Assembly: GCA_973895155.1 (NCBI GenBank)
Contig: OZ316893.1
Coordinates: forward strand, 4,826,977 to 4,890,976
Reading direction: 5' to 3'
Length of the DNA stretch: 64,000 nt
DNA from: Marsupella aquatica
Lineage: Eukaryota; Plantae; Marchantiophyta
A program made the position numbers and the translations under genes. Shown piece by piece: positions 46,794-62,144 of this stretch; positions within the stretch are counted from its first letter, which is position 1; the number at the start of each line of letters is the position of its first letter. The notes under the pieces were generated by a model that was not told where the DNA came from, made no database searches, and saw nothing but the letters and a program-made list of their open reading frames with translations.

Positions 46794-49579
46794 CTTCACA
46801 TCCTGACTAATAACTTCATTTGACCTTGCTCATGTACATGTATGCAATGACCACCCTACAATATCCTTGGTATATACCCTACAATGTCATTGCAAGTACC
46901 CTAGTCTAGTTGAAATTAGTTTGGCACAAGCGCCTTAGTTATTACTAGGGAGGTTGCCCACAATTGACCAAGGTCTGATTCAACTCTGGATGCCTTGTTA
47001 TTCATGCTTATTATGTTACCATTAATTAATTAATACTACCCAGATAAATTAGTGTTACATAACAACCTGGAGCATTGTAGTGCTTCTGCTTCTTCTTGCC
47101 TTGCTACTTCGCCAACTGTGGTGCCTTGTGCCATAGATCAGCAAGTTGCCTAGACAAGAGCCCAAACTAATACCTTGTTATTTCAGTGTCCGCGCCAAGA
47201 CACTTCAGATCATTTGTCTTTCTATTTCTACTTCTATTTTAAAACCAATGTAAAACATTCAGTAATTAGTGCTATATGTGACACGATCTGCTTTAATTGG
47301 TGTTTTTATTCCTACTTCCTCTCATCATTTTGTTTCCTTCTTCTCCTGCTAATCTGAGTACTACTTCTAATAAAATAAACAGACAAAACTGTGTACTTAC
47401 TTAAATCACTATGCATGGATGGAAATCTCATTGCAACAGGAATCCCTGTGATGAAGGGAACATGCCTCGCATTGCAGAACAAGTGCGAGAGCCAAACCCG
47501 TGTGAATATATTCTTAACTGTGAATTCACACGAGTATACACATATACGCCATGGTGTTGTGTTCTCCTTGCGGTAATCACAGATCAAAATGTGATAACAT
47601 ATGGTGTGCACTCATTGATTTAAAGAATCTAACATGATGCTTTTCATGGTATGGAGGGATTTCATGCACACAGTCATATTTTGATGTGCAGTTAGCAGGA
47701 CCCTTTTTACTACCTACATATCTAGCACGCAGTGGCAGTCAAAAGAGGGCAACCCACCAAAAGGGAGCTTTTGATGACTACTGTCTATTGAAACTTGACA
47801 CTCAGTGACACTCAGTCTGGCAGTGTACCCAAACGACCTTCACAGCCAGGATCCCAACTCACACAAGCCTTTGTTCGTACTGAGCAGCACTGAGAACAAG
47901 GCATTCAGTATGACAGGCGGGGATAGGTAACTTGCTCCTCTTAGATTCCACGGCAAAAGAAATGTTCGCGCCTCCTTGAAAACAAGATACGAAACCAAAG
48001 AGAAGGCATTCCCACAAGCAGGGCTTGGCAGGTTGTATCCCTTGCAATAGACTTTTAGCAACTCTTGGAAACGAATAAGGGAATCTGAACTCCAAACTAG
48101 GATTCTGGTGCTGTTTTCGGTGAGCGGACATTACCCTCAATCTCAAACCTAAATTTGTCAGATTCCTGATGCTTCGTACTCGTTTATCCAAGTCGTTTTA
48201 CAACTTGCTACAAAAATCCCATTATTGTCACCAAAGCAAGCTTTACATTTCGTGCCAAGATGATACATTGACTACTCAGTTCAAAAACCAACTTTTTGAA
48301 CTACAACAACCTTGGGCATACAACGGGGCTTTCAAATGCTTGTTTTGATGATGTAGAACTCAATTTCCGCTCCAATAGCTTCATACTCAAATCAGTTCAG
48401 TGGCTGAATTATGAAACTACAATATACCTTCGGACTTAGGTTTCACTTACGTGAAATAATGGCTGTAGACGACTTGTCATCAGAGCATTCCTCATAATCT
48501 CGGTAACATTTGTAGAGACTACAATAGAAGTAGCAGATGGCCACTCTGGGTCATCTGGAAGCCGATTTGCAACATGTGCCTTCCCGCTTTCCTGAGACAG
48601 AAAATCGACATCCATACTCTCATATCATGAATCAAGCTTCACTGAAATGCTGCCAACAGGTAGCAGAGGCTGAATCTTTGATCTGAAGATCACTAAATCT
48701 TCAGTCAAATTGCTACCTGGATAACACGATCTGATCCTATTATTGCTTTCTACGGATCCTCTGGGAATTCCCTGGCATTAATTACTGGACGAAAAGCAGG
48801 GGGGCCACGACTAGAGAGGGACTCCAAGAGTAATACTTAAATCGAGGCCAGAATATTTAGTCAAAACTTTGGTCGTAGCGTCGTCTAAACTGCACAGAAG
48901 AATGCCGTTCATCATCCCAAAGCTATCTCTTTGACTCAGATACTCAGAATATGTGTTCCTTCCTCAAAGAATTGACACAGATAAAAGTTCCAACTGCCGA
49001 ATTGAGTACATTAAAAAAAGTAGTTTACCTCTTATCCTGGCCTGACCCATGGTACCCCACACTTTGTTGGCTTTCCTTGTATCTTCTTTAAAGAACCAAA
49101 ATATGTAAATCCTCCTGCAAAAGCACAAACCCTCATAAAATCGCAAGTACTCATCTCAGGCACACACATCTATCAAACAGGGAACCTGGATTTTGGCTTG
49201 AAAGACACTAGGCCGATATTTTAACCAGTCTTGTCGTCGTGACGACCTGTACTGGTATCATTAAGTGAATCAAATGGAATTATATGTTTCCAGTAACAGA
49301 CATATCTACAGCCAAAATAAACACATCCCCCGTAAACTTTCATGTGGCATAGAGAATAGGTACTCCAAACAAGCGGAGGTCATACGTCTTGTAAAACGGG
49401 ATCCACCTTGCAGCAGCCTACTTGTGTTTTGGCATGTTCCCCGCAATCTATATGCATCGTTTACAGAATAAAAAATTGGAGCTCTAACCAGAATCCTGAT
49501 ACTCCTAGACCAGCTTCTCTGCCGTCTGAAGCAAAATTGGGAGAAGGAAGAAAAGTGTAAGAACGCACCACAAAAACGA

Positions 49580-52500
49580 CTACTTGCATCCGAAACAATT
49601 AGTCGCAGCGACAAATACTGCGAGCAACTCTGGATTTTTCCCCAAAAACGCCCGAAATTCTTCCCAGCTTATAACCCCGTCACTGTCCATATCCAGTTTT
49701 TTAAACATCTGCTGCACCTGGAAGACAGGCTCGAAATCCAATGCATCAACATTAAATATCTTGGGCATAGTGGCTTGGCAATGCGCCATCGCCTCCACTA
49801 GAGGAGATTCCTAGGCAAACACTTGTCCAGACTGCCCAGATAGCTGACAAGGGCACAGAAAGTGGCAGTCCAAATGAGGATGTGTGGACTTGTCTGTAAT
49901 GAGTCCCAGGCATACTTCTTACAAAACTGACTGACGTCAACGTGGCTGTCCATGGAGCCGTCTGACAGGGTTACAAGAACTTGCTATATACCCACTCTCA
50001 CATTAAGCATAAACGATAGATAAGAGTGATGCTGACAGAATAGAGTCAGAGACGTGACAAACCTGATATTGAGGCATGTCAGGGAAGACAGATCTCAAGC
50101 TGTTCTCCAACTGCACATGAGACCAGACACTCTCAGTCCATACATTCCTTCCCCTGATTGCTTATTTCGGCAACAACAACATATGAGACTGCTCAATATG
50201 AGATTTAATAGTCTACAGCTCCTAGCACAAGCCCTCAAGATCCATTGTCTGGCTATAAATGGCTGCAGGTTGCCCAAATCACCACCAGCACCGGGAGATC
50301 TACCTCTAATTGTGTAAGCACTCCATTCCGAGCACCACAGCCTTCAAAAGAATTTAATATCAATCTCGAAAATTCTGTGTGTTTAGATAGAAAACTCAAC
50401 ACTGCAACAAACTGCATCGAGGGCCACAGGTAACGTACACACTCAGTTATTTCAACAACCATGCACAAGAGGACGCGAGAGAAGTTAAGGAACAAATTCG
50501 AAAATAGAAGACTGAAATAGTTGCATCTAAAAATTCCCACTAGTAAGAAATACTTCCACATCACAAACATCACCTGACTGCATCAGTAAGGGCAACCGGT
50601 ACTACCGAGTTTCTAGGAAAATACATGCGTACTTACTTCTCTAAAATTAATGTAGCCCTTCTCTGACTTGTCAAACATGAGAAAAATCTGCAAAAGAGTG
50701 ACAAAAATAAGTGATTTAAATCGACGAAACCTAAAAATAAAAAACAAATGCCATAGTACAATCCTTGTAAAGATGATGGTGCGGACCTTCTCGGACAATG
50801 GACAATTAGGAAGGTCGAGCGCTCCCAAGAACTGATCTATTGTCACAAATCCACTGAACCATGACAAATTTGAGCAAATCTTAGTGTTTCGGTATGATAA
50901 GAGCAGTCTGCCATCGTCACTAGTATGACCCTAAATACCCTGCATATTACTAGAGAGGATAAACTTAGCCACGAGAAAAACCCAGCTCTGAGTAAGTTAA
51001 AACAGAATGCAGGAACAGCAAATTCGAATTTTGAACTGACAGCAAAAAAGGAGTTGTACTATCCATGACTTGGACGTGACCTAATCACTGTAAGATTCAA
51101 GATTACGCGGAGTTCCAGCCTCGTCATGCTCTATGGTGACTGGCTGCTATACGACTTTGACGGACACGGAACCGAGGCCCCAGCTATGAGATCATACTCA
51201 CACACGAAATGAATTCAACACGGGAACCAATTTAAGCACTGCGTCTCGGGGTGGCTGCCTAGGTTAGACTGTCTAAAGAACAGGATCTGTATTAACCTTA
51301 CTTTTAAATTCATACATGTTTAAACAATCTCATTCAGTGTCATGAATATCAACAGCCGGGAATTTTATAGGATCAATGCAGTTTTCAGATAAAACAATGT
51401 AATGAGTTGGTCTGGGAGTAAGCTGAGATATAATTACGCACCAGTGATTCGTATCCATTTTTATAAACTTGTCCAAATACTCCCTCACTTCAATAGTTGT
51501 CAGGCGGAACAACTGCTGCAGCAAATTTTAAAATTGACTCAGTTCATAGACCGACATAGATCCAGAATTGCGTTACCGAGTCACTGTCTTCATTAACTAT
51601 GAGTCATAGCAAACAGACGATCTTGCGAGCACTTTTATTTCACTCGTTCCTCTCTGTCCAAAATCATGCACACTCCATGACCGCTCTGACGGTCATGGGG
51701 ATGGCGGAACCCGCACAGGTATAGGAAAGACCATCTCAGACTTGAGGAAACTCGACATAGAATCAAGACCCAACTGACGATATGTAGGAGAGGTCCTACC
51801 TTCTCCATGAGGCCCATTTCCACCATCATCTTAGTGGCGGGATACTGTCAGTTCCACAACCCAATCACCGTCAGTATAGCAAGTAATACACTTGTAATAG
51901 ATTGGAGAGGACGGCAGAAAGACACTGATGGAAAATAGAGGGTTGTCACCATTGTCACCTGACTGATTGCGAATATATAGGCCATTCAATTCAAGCTTAG
52001 CTACTTTCAATCATAGAAGATAAAAAAATTGAGATACACAACGAGTAACATCTTCACAAAGGCAACAATGATGTCCGGCGAAAACATTTGAAGAACACCA
52101 ACCGCATTGCACGAACCATCAGTGAGGACAACAAATCTTACTGATGGTAAACTCAAAATTCATTACATACCAGTTTTAACTCTGAAGATTTTACTGCGAG
52201 CATGAGATCTCCGTAGGAATGCTCTGTTTCGGGGACGTTGAGGGCAGTGGCCATGACGAAACGTACCTGCACAGACGAACCTTACATGGGCTGTTTGTAG
52301 AATTTACGGCCCCACAAATGATTATCCTATAATTCTTCAGTGAGGAGAAACAACTATAATGTCCAAGTGGGGGAGGTCATAAGACACTGTCCCAATCTAG
52401 TACAAGGACACGACAGAAAAATGCATTTGTCCTTACTCACACCTTCAGAAAATCCAAACAGCGATCACCCAATGTATAAAAGTGGTGAAAACCTGTAAAG

Positions 52501-55500
52501 GATTAGGGAAATTACAAAAACTACCATTATAAGTTACCAGAATTAGTAATATAACCTCAAAGTTTGACCTTCACATAAGTACCCCTGCAATTGGAATGTC
52601 TGTGTCAAGGTGTCCCTTGTCTCTCATGGCGGTTGTGGCTCTGCGTTACCTTGCTCCCGATAATATCCTACGGTGAATTGTACTGCGAGACGACGGATAT
52701 TGAAGGGTACAGTTTTGCTTTCTTACTGTCAACGCCCATTTGACAGGTATGTGGGGTAAGGAACACTTGCAGTCCAGAGAGTTGGGAGGGATACTTTTGT
52801 AATTTCTCAGATTTTGGGGGTAGTTTGGTGATTTCCCAAAGGATTATCCCCATGTGATTCACCCACGCAAAGGAGCACTACTTACAAAGTAAGCGCAAGG
52901 CAAAGAAAGCATACAAGGTGCGTGGATTACAACTTCTAAGAGGGAGAAATTAGAGGAGGTTCCTTGAAACTTACTCTCTCAGCAAAAGATTCTGCATTGT
53001 CGATTTCTTTCTTTGTCGGATATACAACAGGGAGATACTCTACCTGTAAATACAGGAAAATACCTATCACTAGGTTAGCTCTACTGAAAACAAAGATGCG
53101 TCACTGAGAAACGTGAGATGATGTACAGAAAGGCTTAGAACGTAAATATGAATCGGTGGATGATTACTTATTGCATTCTACCATTCTCAAAGCTCTCGAT
53201 TCCACTTTGAGGCTCCAGATATACTAAGTTTTTTGGTCACTCAAAATCCAGATCAGTTGTCAAGCACTGATGCTTCAAGGCCAGAAGAAGCACTTCGGCA
53301 AGATGGATGTACAGTATTGTGAATGTTTCTATTAGTCGTTCTAAATTGACAGTCAAAACGTCTAAACATGCACGTCCAGAAACTGTTGTTGGAATCATAA
53401 TGCAGGAAATTTTGCGTACCTCCATGTGATTAGTGACCTGGGTGAGCATTCGAAGGAGTAACTTCCAAAGAGAGATATCGCCCCTGCTTATACAAACGCG
53501 GAGTCCTTATATCACCGGCGACGTGCTTGATCGTTAGCACTAATGGGAAGCTACACGAAAATCGCTTCCAGCCAAATACAATCGATTCCAAATCAGACTG
53601 TAGGGAATTCCCAAATTCATTTCTATGCATCCTTAAGTTGGTTTTCACCTGCTCTGCTCAAAAAGAGGTGAAATTGATGAAATATCCATACGTCTGCTTT
53701 GGAAGCCGTTTTGCACGAAAACTTCTTTGCAGTAAAACGGCTTTCAAGACTTCAGAATCTTACCACGAAATATCAAAGTGAACAAATGGATATCGAACAA
53801 CTACAGGCTGCACTGCGAGACCTGGTCGAAAAGCTCCAAGCTTGTAGGAGATAAGAGCTCTTCCATTTGTAGTAGTCCCCTCCGGAAATAATAGCACTCG
53901 CGGGTAGTCATCATTGGTAGCCTTTTTCTGCAGGAATACGGTTGGGAGGAACTAGTTGATCGTCTGTAGCTCTTGCAAAGTGGGAACACCACACTAGATT
54001 GTGGCATTGAGCCCTAATTCTCACGACGAAATCTAGAAAGACCATTGAACTGGGCAGCTTCTCCGCATCTACTTTCAAAAAGTTGGGATATAAACTGAAT
54101 CTATGCTGACAGATTCCATCAGCAAGAAGAAGTTGACTCTTGACATCTAAAAGCACAATCCACGCTTGTAGACGCGAGAGAGTTGTACAATGTCATACCG
54201 ACAGCCTGTAATGAGCATTCAAAGACATATATGATACTCAGGAAGGGACGCGCAAGTGCACTAGGTGTTGTGCAGCATTATCTACCTCCTAACGCAAAAT
54301 CACCGCGTGAGTCTTGTGTTGACTTCAAGAAAACACTATACAAGAAAGAAGAGGTTCGCCATGTAACCTTTATTTCCATGGCAGCTTGTCTCCTTGAGTC
54401 TGGCGATAATCTATCGACTGATATCACCTGTCAAAGACAATACCCAACATATCAATGGAAAGACCCTCTAAGATTAATTTCTCAGCTTCTTTCTGGAAAT
54501 CCTTGTCGGTATGATTTCCCGGCCGGTCAAGCAGTCTTCCACAGTCTCGCTCCAAATATGTACAACAAGGAAAAGCAGAAACCCAGTTTTCTCAAAAGCA
54601 ATTACTACCACCACCCTTGTTTAATGCAAAACGGTCGATTCACTCTCAAAAATCGATGACAATTGTAACCTTGAAGCTTACTATAAGATCAACCGAACAG
54701 AGGGAATTTTGATACAGAGGAAAAGAGCTTAGGGACGTGTACGCACTTTCAAGGCTCGAATGATGCTACCCACGAGGAAGAGATCATCATGAGAAGTAGA
54801 GCTCACGAGGATGGGTAGCAGTTCCCAGAAATAAAATATGGGATCTATAAATGAGACATGATTGGAGACAACTATAGGAGCCGTCTCTCTTGGAACCGGA
54901 CGCCCGGTGCGACGTATCCAATGAAACCTGCAAACACACATAAATTTTACCTTGCTTAGGTGTACTCCCTTTCTTCCTGTAGCGTGGAACTGGAGATGAA
55001 ATCTTTTCATGAAACAGAAACGAAAATGGGACAACAACACCAAACCACGGCTTAAGCAACTCTCACGGTTGACTTCCGTTCTTGACCTTCACTCTTTATG
55101 CTAGAACCCAACAAAGACATTGTATACGAGTTCAAACTCAAATCCCTGAGGTGACCGGTCACAGTGATATTCAGGGACCTTCGAGAGAACAAAAGTCGTC
55201 CCTCCTTGTGTTGTGAAGTACGAAAGGAAACCAGCTTCCCCCTCGCTTCAGAATAACGTCGACAGTACCATCCATAGGCTTCCCATGACGTCTTTGGACT
55301 CTTTCGTTTCGTGAAGCTTCATAGGAACAGCGAGCAAGGCCCCTACAAACTGTCTGTAATCCATTCATTCTTTCATATCGGAACAAAATAAACTTCGGAT
55401 TTCATAAACTTTATCGCAGATGTGAAAGAAGGATATCGATCACATTCTAATCCTTCCTTAACTCCGGACAGAAGGAAAAGCGAAACATCGATTCTGCTTC

Positions 55501-57497
55501 AATTCTTATAAAGATGATTCAAATCAAAAAAGTTTACCAATGTGAGCTAAGGAATAAATGTCTCGACTACGCAAACGAAAAACTTCCCTAGAAGTGTCTA
55601 TATCTTTACAGAAGAAAGACTTCTGAAAAAATTGTTCCCCAGAGGTTCTGTGAGATCAAAGCATGGGCCTATGTGAATCTTCTCAACCAACATATTGCGA
55701 GTTCATATTTCAGCTTGACACTTAAACAGGGGACAGTGTAAATAGATTCTAGACACAGAATCGCAATACATGGAATTGAGAGATTCAGTAGACTAAAATT
55801 CCCGATTCTCGTCATCGTTGGGGAATAATCACCCCGGGATTCATGACAGAGCTCACAACCAAAAGGCTGTGAATACGAAATTCCCGACTCTGGGTGAAAT
55901 AGCTGCAGACAACAGATGTTCCAACATGGAAAGGATATTTCTGGCTAGGACATTTTTGAACAGGTACATCCTCGTCCTTCAGTGTGTCAACCAGAATAGC
56001 AGGAAACATAATTATCAACTAGTGGACATAACTATACAGCACTCGACGGTATGCAACGCTGAAGTCCGCAGGATGACCGTCTCTCTGAAACGCAATTTAA
56101 TTTTGAGCGAACACGCTTGGCCAGCAATCAACCGAAGCATGCCCACAATCATTTGCTGGGAATTTGATGAGAGAAGTCACCTCGTCACAAGGTGCAGAAG
56201 GCATAGCCTAAAACGCAGAGAAATTTACCACGACATCTCGCCTGCCGTATCACGGAAGTCCGGAAGGGCAAACTCATAGTGAAGCATCAAGCGAATCTTA
56301 CATGGAAATGCCCTACGTTGCCAGAATTTCCCCCATTCTACTGGAGCAACGAGGAATTCGGATTCCAATTGATGTAGTATGATACGAGAAACTGACTCTG
56401 AGAGAGTCCTCGTATCTGTGGACGGTTACCATCCAACATACTAGGAAAGCATGATGGCACAAAAGAAATAAGGAAGTGGTCTGAACGGTATACCGCGGAT
56501 GTTTTAACGTGTCTTGTAAATGCTTCGAAGATTGGTAGCTTAAATGCGATAGAAGATGATTTGTCTGCAGAAGTAGCAGCCTCAATAATCGAGACAAGAA
56601 TTCCCCTCAACAGAGAGAACATCAACAATCGACGATCCAGATATCGCTCGAAGTAACACTCTCTCTTTCACACTGCTCGGAATGGTGGATTTGCGGATCA
56701 GAGCAATGAATCAGATAAACCCCTTACCGTGAAAACGAACGCCCGGACTATGATCACAAGAAGTCTCACCCGGAATATGAGCCTTAGAAGTTTCACGACA
56801 AAGAGAATGGACCAAAGGACCGCGAGGATACAGGTGCAAAACAATCAATGTCACCGAGATTCAGACCCTCACCCTTCCAATCTACGACAATTCCTTCGAA
56901 TCTATGGCGAGAGGAAGCTCAGGAACCCGCCCAAGCATGATTGAATTCGAGAACAGGAGGAAGGATTGAGAACAAATGGAGCAGGTTCAATGCAAGCGAC
57001 GAATGTTACCCGAAGCAGAAGAGTATAGCCCGAGCACATAGGCGGGTAGAAAACATCATATGTCGACGCCACTGCGGAAATGGCCGGGCATCTTGCCGAT
57101 ATCCCGCCAAGCTGATCGAAGTAGTTATTAGCCCCACTAGAAGTACCATCAATACCAGCAGAATTCTCAAAACCAAAACCGGCAATAAAACCACGGTCTT
57201 AATCCAATTGTACGCTCCAACAATCTCTCGCGTCTTGTTCTTGAACGGATCGATCGGCCCCTGCTTCGCCAACACCGGGGGCTCTCCTAATATCGATATC
57301 GCTTGCTCTATTCTATTCTCCAGCTCCTCGTCCACATCGATCCCCCGTCCACCTGCTTCACTCCCATCCTCCCGCCGCGTCACCTCCTCCTTCACCTCAA
57401 TCCTTACATCGTCACTAACCTCCGCCGGGCTCTCGTCCACTTCCTCCCCTGCATATGCACATAGCAACGGCCTGTCCAGCTCCCCTGCATCTCCCAT
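49580..57497 (-). CDS. LPEAT2: Lysophospholipid acyltransferase with C-terminal EF-hands (LPEAT2/LPCAT-type), 14 exons, ~549 aa
   Basis: GT-AG exons (minus strand): 57497-57010, 54927-54747, 54427-54368, 53927-53764, 53483-53420, 53043-52975, 52266-52171, 51844-51800, 51512-51442, 50853-50787, 50687-50637, 50411-50304, 50110-50063, 49717-49580; total 1650 nt, in frame. Motifs: DPFKN plus TM segment, NHVSFIDP (HX4D), FPEGTTTNG, and EF-hands DKSEKGYINFRE and DMDSDGVISWEE. Confidence 0.93.
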
Positions 57498-58864
57498 AAA
57501 GCCCGCCTTCCTTTGATCGACCGACCTAGGCCCGATCAATTCCCTTCGCTTGCTTGCTCTTCCCGTCCAACACGACGCAAAGCGGATCGATCAATCAATA
57601 CATGAACTCCCAGAACTTCCGATGAGAAACTCGCTGTCAATATTTTAGAGTAGATGAATTATAATTTTCTATATTTCTGTGCCTGCTGCCCCAAAATTCT
57701 TCCCACATTATTGCCCTCTGAACATTCCCCCGAAGTACACTTCACGATGCCCGATGACAACGACTCCGCTGCTCGCCGAATAATAATAATTTCTGTCCTG
57801 CTCCGTTGCTACCGCATACCGAGAGCAGAATCCCGACCGACCGGCTTCTCCCGAGATGACATCAACTCACCCATTCTCACTATAAGTGTCGTTGACGTGT
57901 GCTCCGGCGATCAAATCGTCAGGATCGCGTGTGAATCGACCACTTCGGCACTTCCTGTCTTCTCACGACCTGATAATCAAGCAATCAATCAGTCAAATCA
58001 TCTGTCGATGGTGCTTGTGAATGGACGGACCACTTCTCACGAATTCGTAGAAGTGGTACTGCTTCATGCTCGACAGCTCGAGCGATCAAATCAGTGAGTC
58101 GTCGATGAGCGTGTGAATCTCTGAGTACTGTAAGAATCTTCGAAACCGTATACAGAGCCGCGATCGCACGAAGAAGACAATGGTCTGGTCCTTTCTTTCA
58201 CTTCTCGCACTCTTTTGAGGGGCAGCCTCTCTGCCATAACGGGGTGGGGCGAAGTGCTCCGCGGAGACAAAGCCCATGGAACCATGGCCCCACTGTGGAG
58301 GACCTTTTTCGGTGTGTTTCCGGATCGCGAAAATCATTGCTATCGGGCCTTTCCACGCCAGTCTAAGCCAAGAGAATTCGAGCCCCAGAGGGTGCACCGA
58401 CCAGAGTCGAGCCTGGATTTCTCCGTAGGTCTCGGACGTCCAACAAGAGGCACTCTCAGCGAGCTGCACGAGTCGCTCGTGGTGGTGGAGTCAGCAAAGG
58501 AGGAGATTACGGAAATGATGGTCCAACAGACCTTGACACTTGTACCATATATATCAAACGGTCAAAACCCAAAAGGAGAGACACAATCCCACATGCAAGA
58601 AACCCAATCTGGGGGCAGGAACAAAAGTAATAAGAGATTTTTGAAAAAGGCCCATAGGAGCTAGTCGAAGCCCCACCAAAAAAAACCTACCTATCACCAA
58701 ACTGAAGAGCATGGTAGAGCTGAGGGTTTAGCTGACACTCCTTATTTTTACAAGATTTTAAGAGCAAAGGTTGACTTTCAATATGTCTTTGATAACCAAT
58801 AGATTTGGCTATCCAATGGAATTGGCTCTTCTAGAGCTCATTAGAAGCTGCTTGGAAAGTTATT

Positions 58865-59077
58865 CTGAACCAATCTAACATCTTTGGCATGAAGAATTGA
58901 GAGTTGTGAATTTCTCACGATTAATCCATCACTTAGAGATCTCCTGAACCAATCTAATATCTGTGGCACGAAGAATTGAGAGTTGTGAATTTCTCACCAT
59001 CCGTCCATCACTTAAAGATTCTTAACAATCTAATTTCTATGGTGCGAAGAATTGACAGTGGTGAATTTCTCACCATT
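58865..59077. repeat. Diverged tandem repeat, ~2.7 x 79 bp
   Basis: CAATCTAA..TCT.TGG...GAAGAATTGA.AGT.GTGAATTTCTCAC occurs three times. Confidence 0.85.
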
Positions 59078-61868
59078 ATTTCTGACATTTTGCATTTCCA
59101 AATTTTTTTGAGCTGCTGACTTTCATATTCAGTATCTCCAGCCATCTCCAATGGAATCTGATTTTTCTGGGTTGACTAGAAACAACTTGGAAAGATCTTT
59201 CCAATGAGCCCAATGTACTGAAGTTCTGTTGACAACAGAGAGGCGTGCAAATTTCAAAGGATGAGTGTATGGTTTTCTTGCCACACCCATTGGTGTACTA
59301 CAATGCACTATGGTGACTAAGGCTTGCCAGTGCATGCAATTGCTTCAAGGCCCTAGGTCCTTCTTTTCTTCCGACCCATTGCAAGCAAAAAATTAAGGTT
59401 TTTGCAGTTCAATTTGGCAGAAAACTTTTAAGATTTTGTTGAAGAAAAATATGGGTGTTTTAATGAAAGTTTTACAATCATAAGAACTATAAGGGTCTTT
59501 AATACCAAATTTGAGAATATTTCTAAAACATTCATAAAGTTAGGGCTTAATAAATAATAAAGAATTATTGTATTTTTTAAGTTTTAGGGTATTTATTACT
59601 TAAAAACTTCAAGGATGATATGGGACCTCCCTCATTGAGGCCCCGAGCTTCACGGTTCCATTCTATTAAGATTTTGATAGGGGAGTGTGGCTTGGAAGGG
59701 CAAACCGCTAAGAGACAACAAAGTCTAATTCTCTTGATGACCACTTATGTCCAATTAGACATACTGGTGGAGCCAGGCTCTTGACACCCAACACTTCTGG
59801 TCGACTGGCTGTAGGTAGGGAATTTTGGTGGGGCAACAGATAAAGTCACCCGCTCTGTTGATCAACATGGTGATAGAATCTCATTCCCAATGTCATAATC
59901 CAAAGCAAAATTGTAAGATGCTACACACATGGCATTAGAGGCATCACTCCACATATTGCAGAAAGTCTGAACCCCATAGTAGGTTTTACTCTTATACATT
60001 GTCAACCTGTTTTCTTTTCTGACAATTTCCATTTGAAAAACATGAAGAAAATAAACTCATAATAGGGTGTGAGGGCAGCTCCCAGAGGGAGATGAGACCC
60101 ATGGAACCCTAACTTACGGATCTGCATGCAGAAACCTTGTTACCCTTCAACTCATTAGCAGGAATATATTGAAAGAAAAACGTTTAAAGAAGAAAGAAGA
60201 ACAAATTTACAGAACAAGTCCAACTAAACTACAATAACTATAAAGTACTCTACAAAATTCCCAAAAACAATGAACAAAGCAAAGATGCCAAATTCTCGAC
60301 ACAACTCCCATCCCAAAGGGGCGAAGGAATGAAGGAATCTCTCACCACTGTCACCAGTGAAAGTAAGTTCAATGGCATCCACAGTGGATTGGAGAAGAGC
60401 AGTAGAGATTCTCATTGCTGGTGTATCTTTACTCCCAAGCAACAGAGAATCTTGTCATCAACGAGTTCTCGAGCAAACACGTGCCTTCCCTCGTAAAAAG
60501 CTGGCCATGGCCCCACCATCCTCATCCTGACACCTGCAATCCATGCACGTCCGTGGCTCCGTTGGTCCCTTTTTGTGTGTAGTTTACTCAGTGGGCTCGG
60601 TTTGGTTTAGTTTATATTTTTTTCATTTTCATTGTAGGGAGGGGGAACAGGCCAGCTATAAGCTCCCCTGTCCCAAATGTTTTGCTCAAGTAGGATTTTT
60701 AAGCTCCCATGGGATCTTTAACCAAGATGTACTTTAACCAGAATAGCATGGATTTAAAGTAAAACTAGTTGACTTTATCCAAGCACAGGTTTAGATGGGT
60801 ATCCCATCACTGCTTATGATTTGGAAAAGGCACATACACCCAATGCATAGCAAGAAAAAGAAAATTGCAAGAGGATCGAAATCATAAAATGACAAGGGTG
60901 GAGCCCTGGGAGAGTCCAGTTTGGTTCAGCTTACTTTTGTTGCTTTAAGGCAACTTTACAGCTTTCCCAGTTTCTGCAGTATGGAGACAACTCCCATGAA
61001 CTAGAGTCTTTTTTAGAATCTGGGTGATTTCTAACTTCCACAAACTACTAGTAACTCTCCACCAAATTGATCCATGTTGGTGAATGTGCCTGAGGGCAGA
61101 TTGCCACCCCTGTAACCCGCCGTAACTCCCTCGGACAGGCACGAATGGGAGTTATGGGAAACCTTCAATCACTTCTGTTGTTTTAAATGGCAAAGCAATT
61201 CAAATAGTCAGACCTCCTACTTAGAAAGTGATGGTCTGACCGGAACAAACATTGTTTGAGACCTGGTTATGGTCCCTGTCTTCCCCAAAAAACATTGCAT
61301 ATTATCTTCTGCTACACAACCATGGATCTATCCGGATGACAAAAACAAAACAATAATCAGTGCTTTGTATTTTGCAAAGAATGTCAAAAGATGCCTAAGG
61401 ATGCATAAGGATGTTGGCCAAAAAACGAAATTATCAAAGGCTTTGAAATCCTTATATCTAACATTGAATTCATAGTTCCAATACTTCCACCCAAAACGTT
61501 GAACTCAAAAAATATCTTATTACAAAACACTTAATCATCGTAGACGTTATTGTACACAGAATCCCAAAGTCTGCATTTTAGCTCTGTGAGTACCAACATG
61601 AAAAAAATAAGGATTCACCGCCAGCACCCAAACCCAACAAACTTAAGATAGACATGCAATAACCCCACATTAGATTCAACATAGTCAATTAATGAAACGA
61701 AAAACTTGCTCTGTGAACGGTTTTGGTCATCATTGGATTCAAAAGGTTCAACCGAGATAAAGACTTCAACTGATAGTAAGACACACTACCACGTAAAAAT
61801 TACATCAACCACAACCGCCGAACACCGAGAGTTACCTTAACCTGGGCACTTTTGAGACAATTTTGTCC

Positions 61869-62144
61869 TGACCAAGCATTCAGACGACTTAATCTGACTA
61901 GAGCAAATTTGTATCTCGTTTTTTCACCGAGTCCAAGAAGAGTCTCCAAACCTGCAGATGCACCCACTCCAAGTATCTCATCTGGCATTCAAATTATCCA
62001 GTCTGGTGTGACCAAGCATTCAGACGACTTAATCTGAATAGAGCAAATTTGTATCTCGTTTTTTCACCGAGTCCAAGAAGAGTCTCCAAAACCTGCAGAT
62101 GCACCCACTCCAAGTATCTCATCTGGCATTCAAACTATCCAGTC
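61869..62144. repeat. Tandem duplication, 2 x ~140 bp
   Basis: TGACCAAGCATTCAGACGACTTAATCTGA at 61869 and 62009; only a few mismatches and one indel. Confidence 0.9.

Noticed and set aside
56941-57516. 191-aa plus-strand ORF
   Set aside because: Antisense shadow of GC-rich LPEAT2 exon 1.
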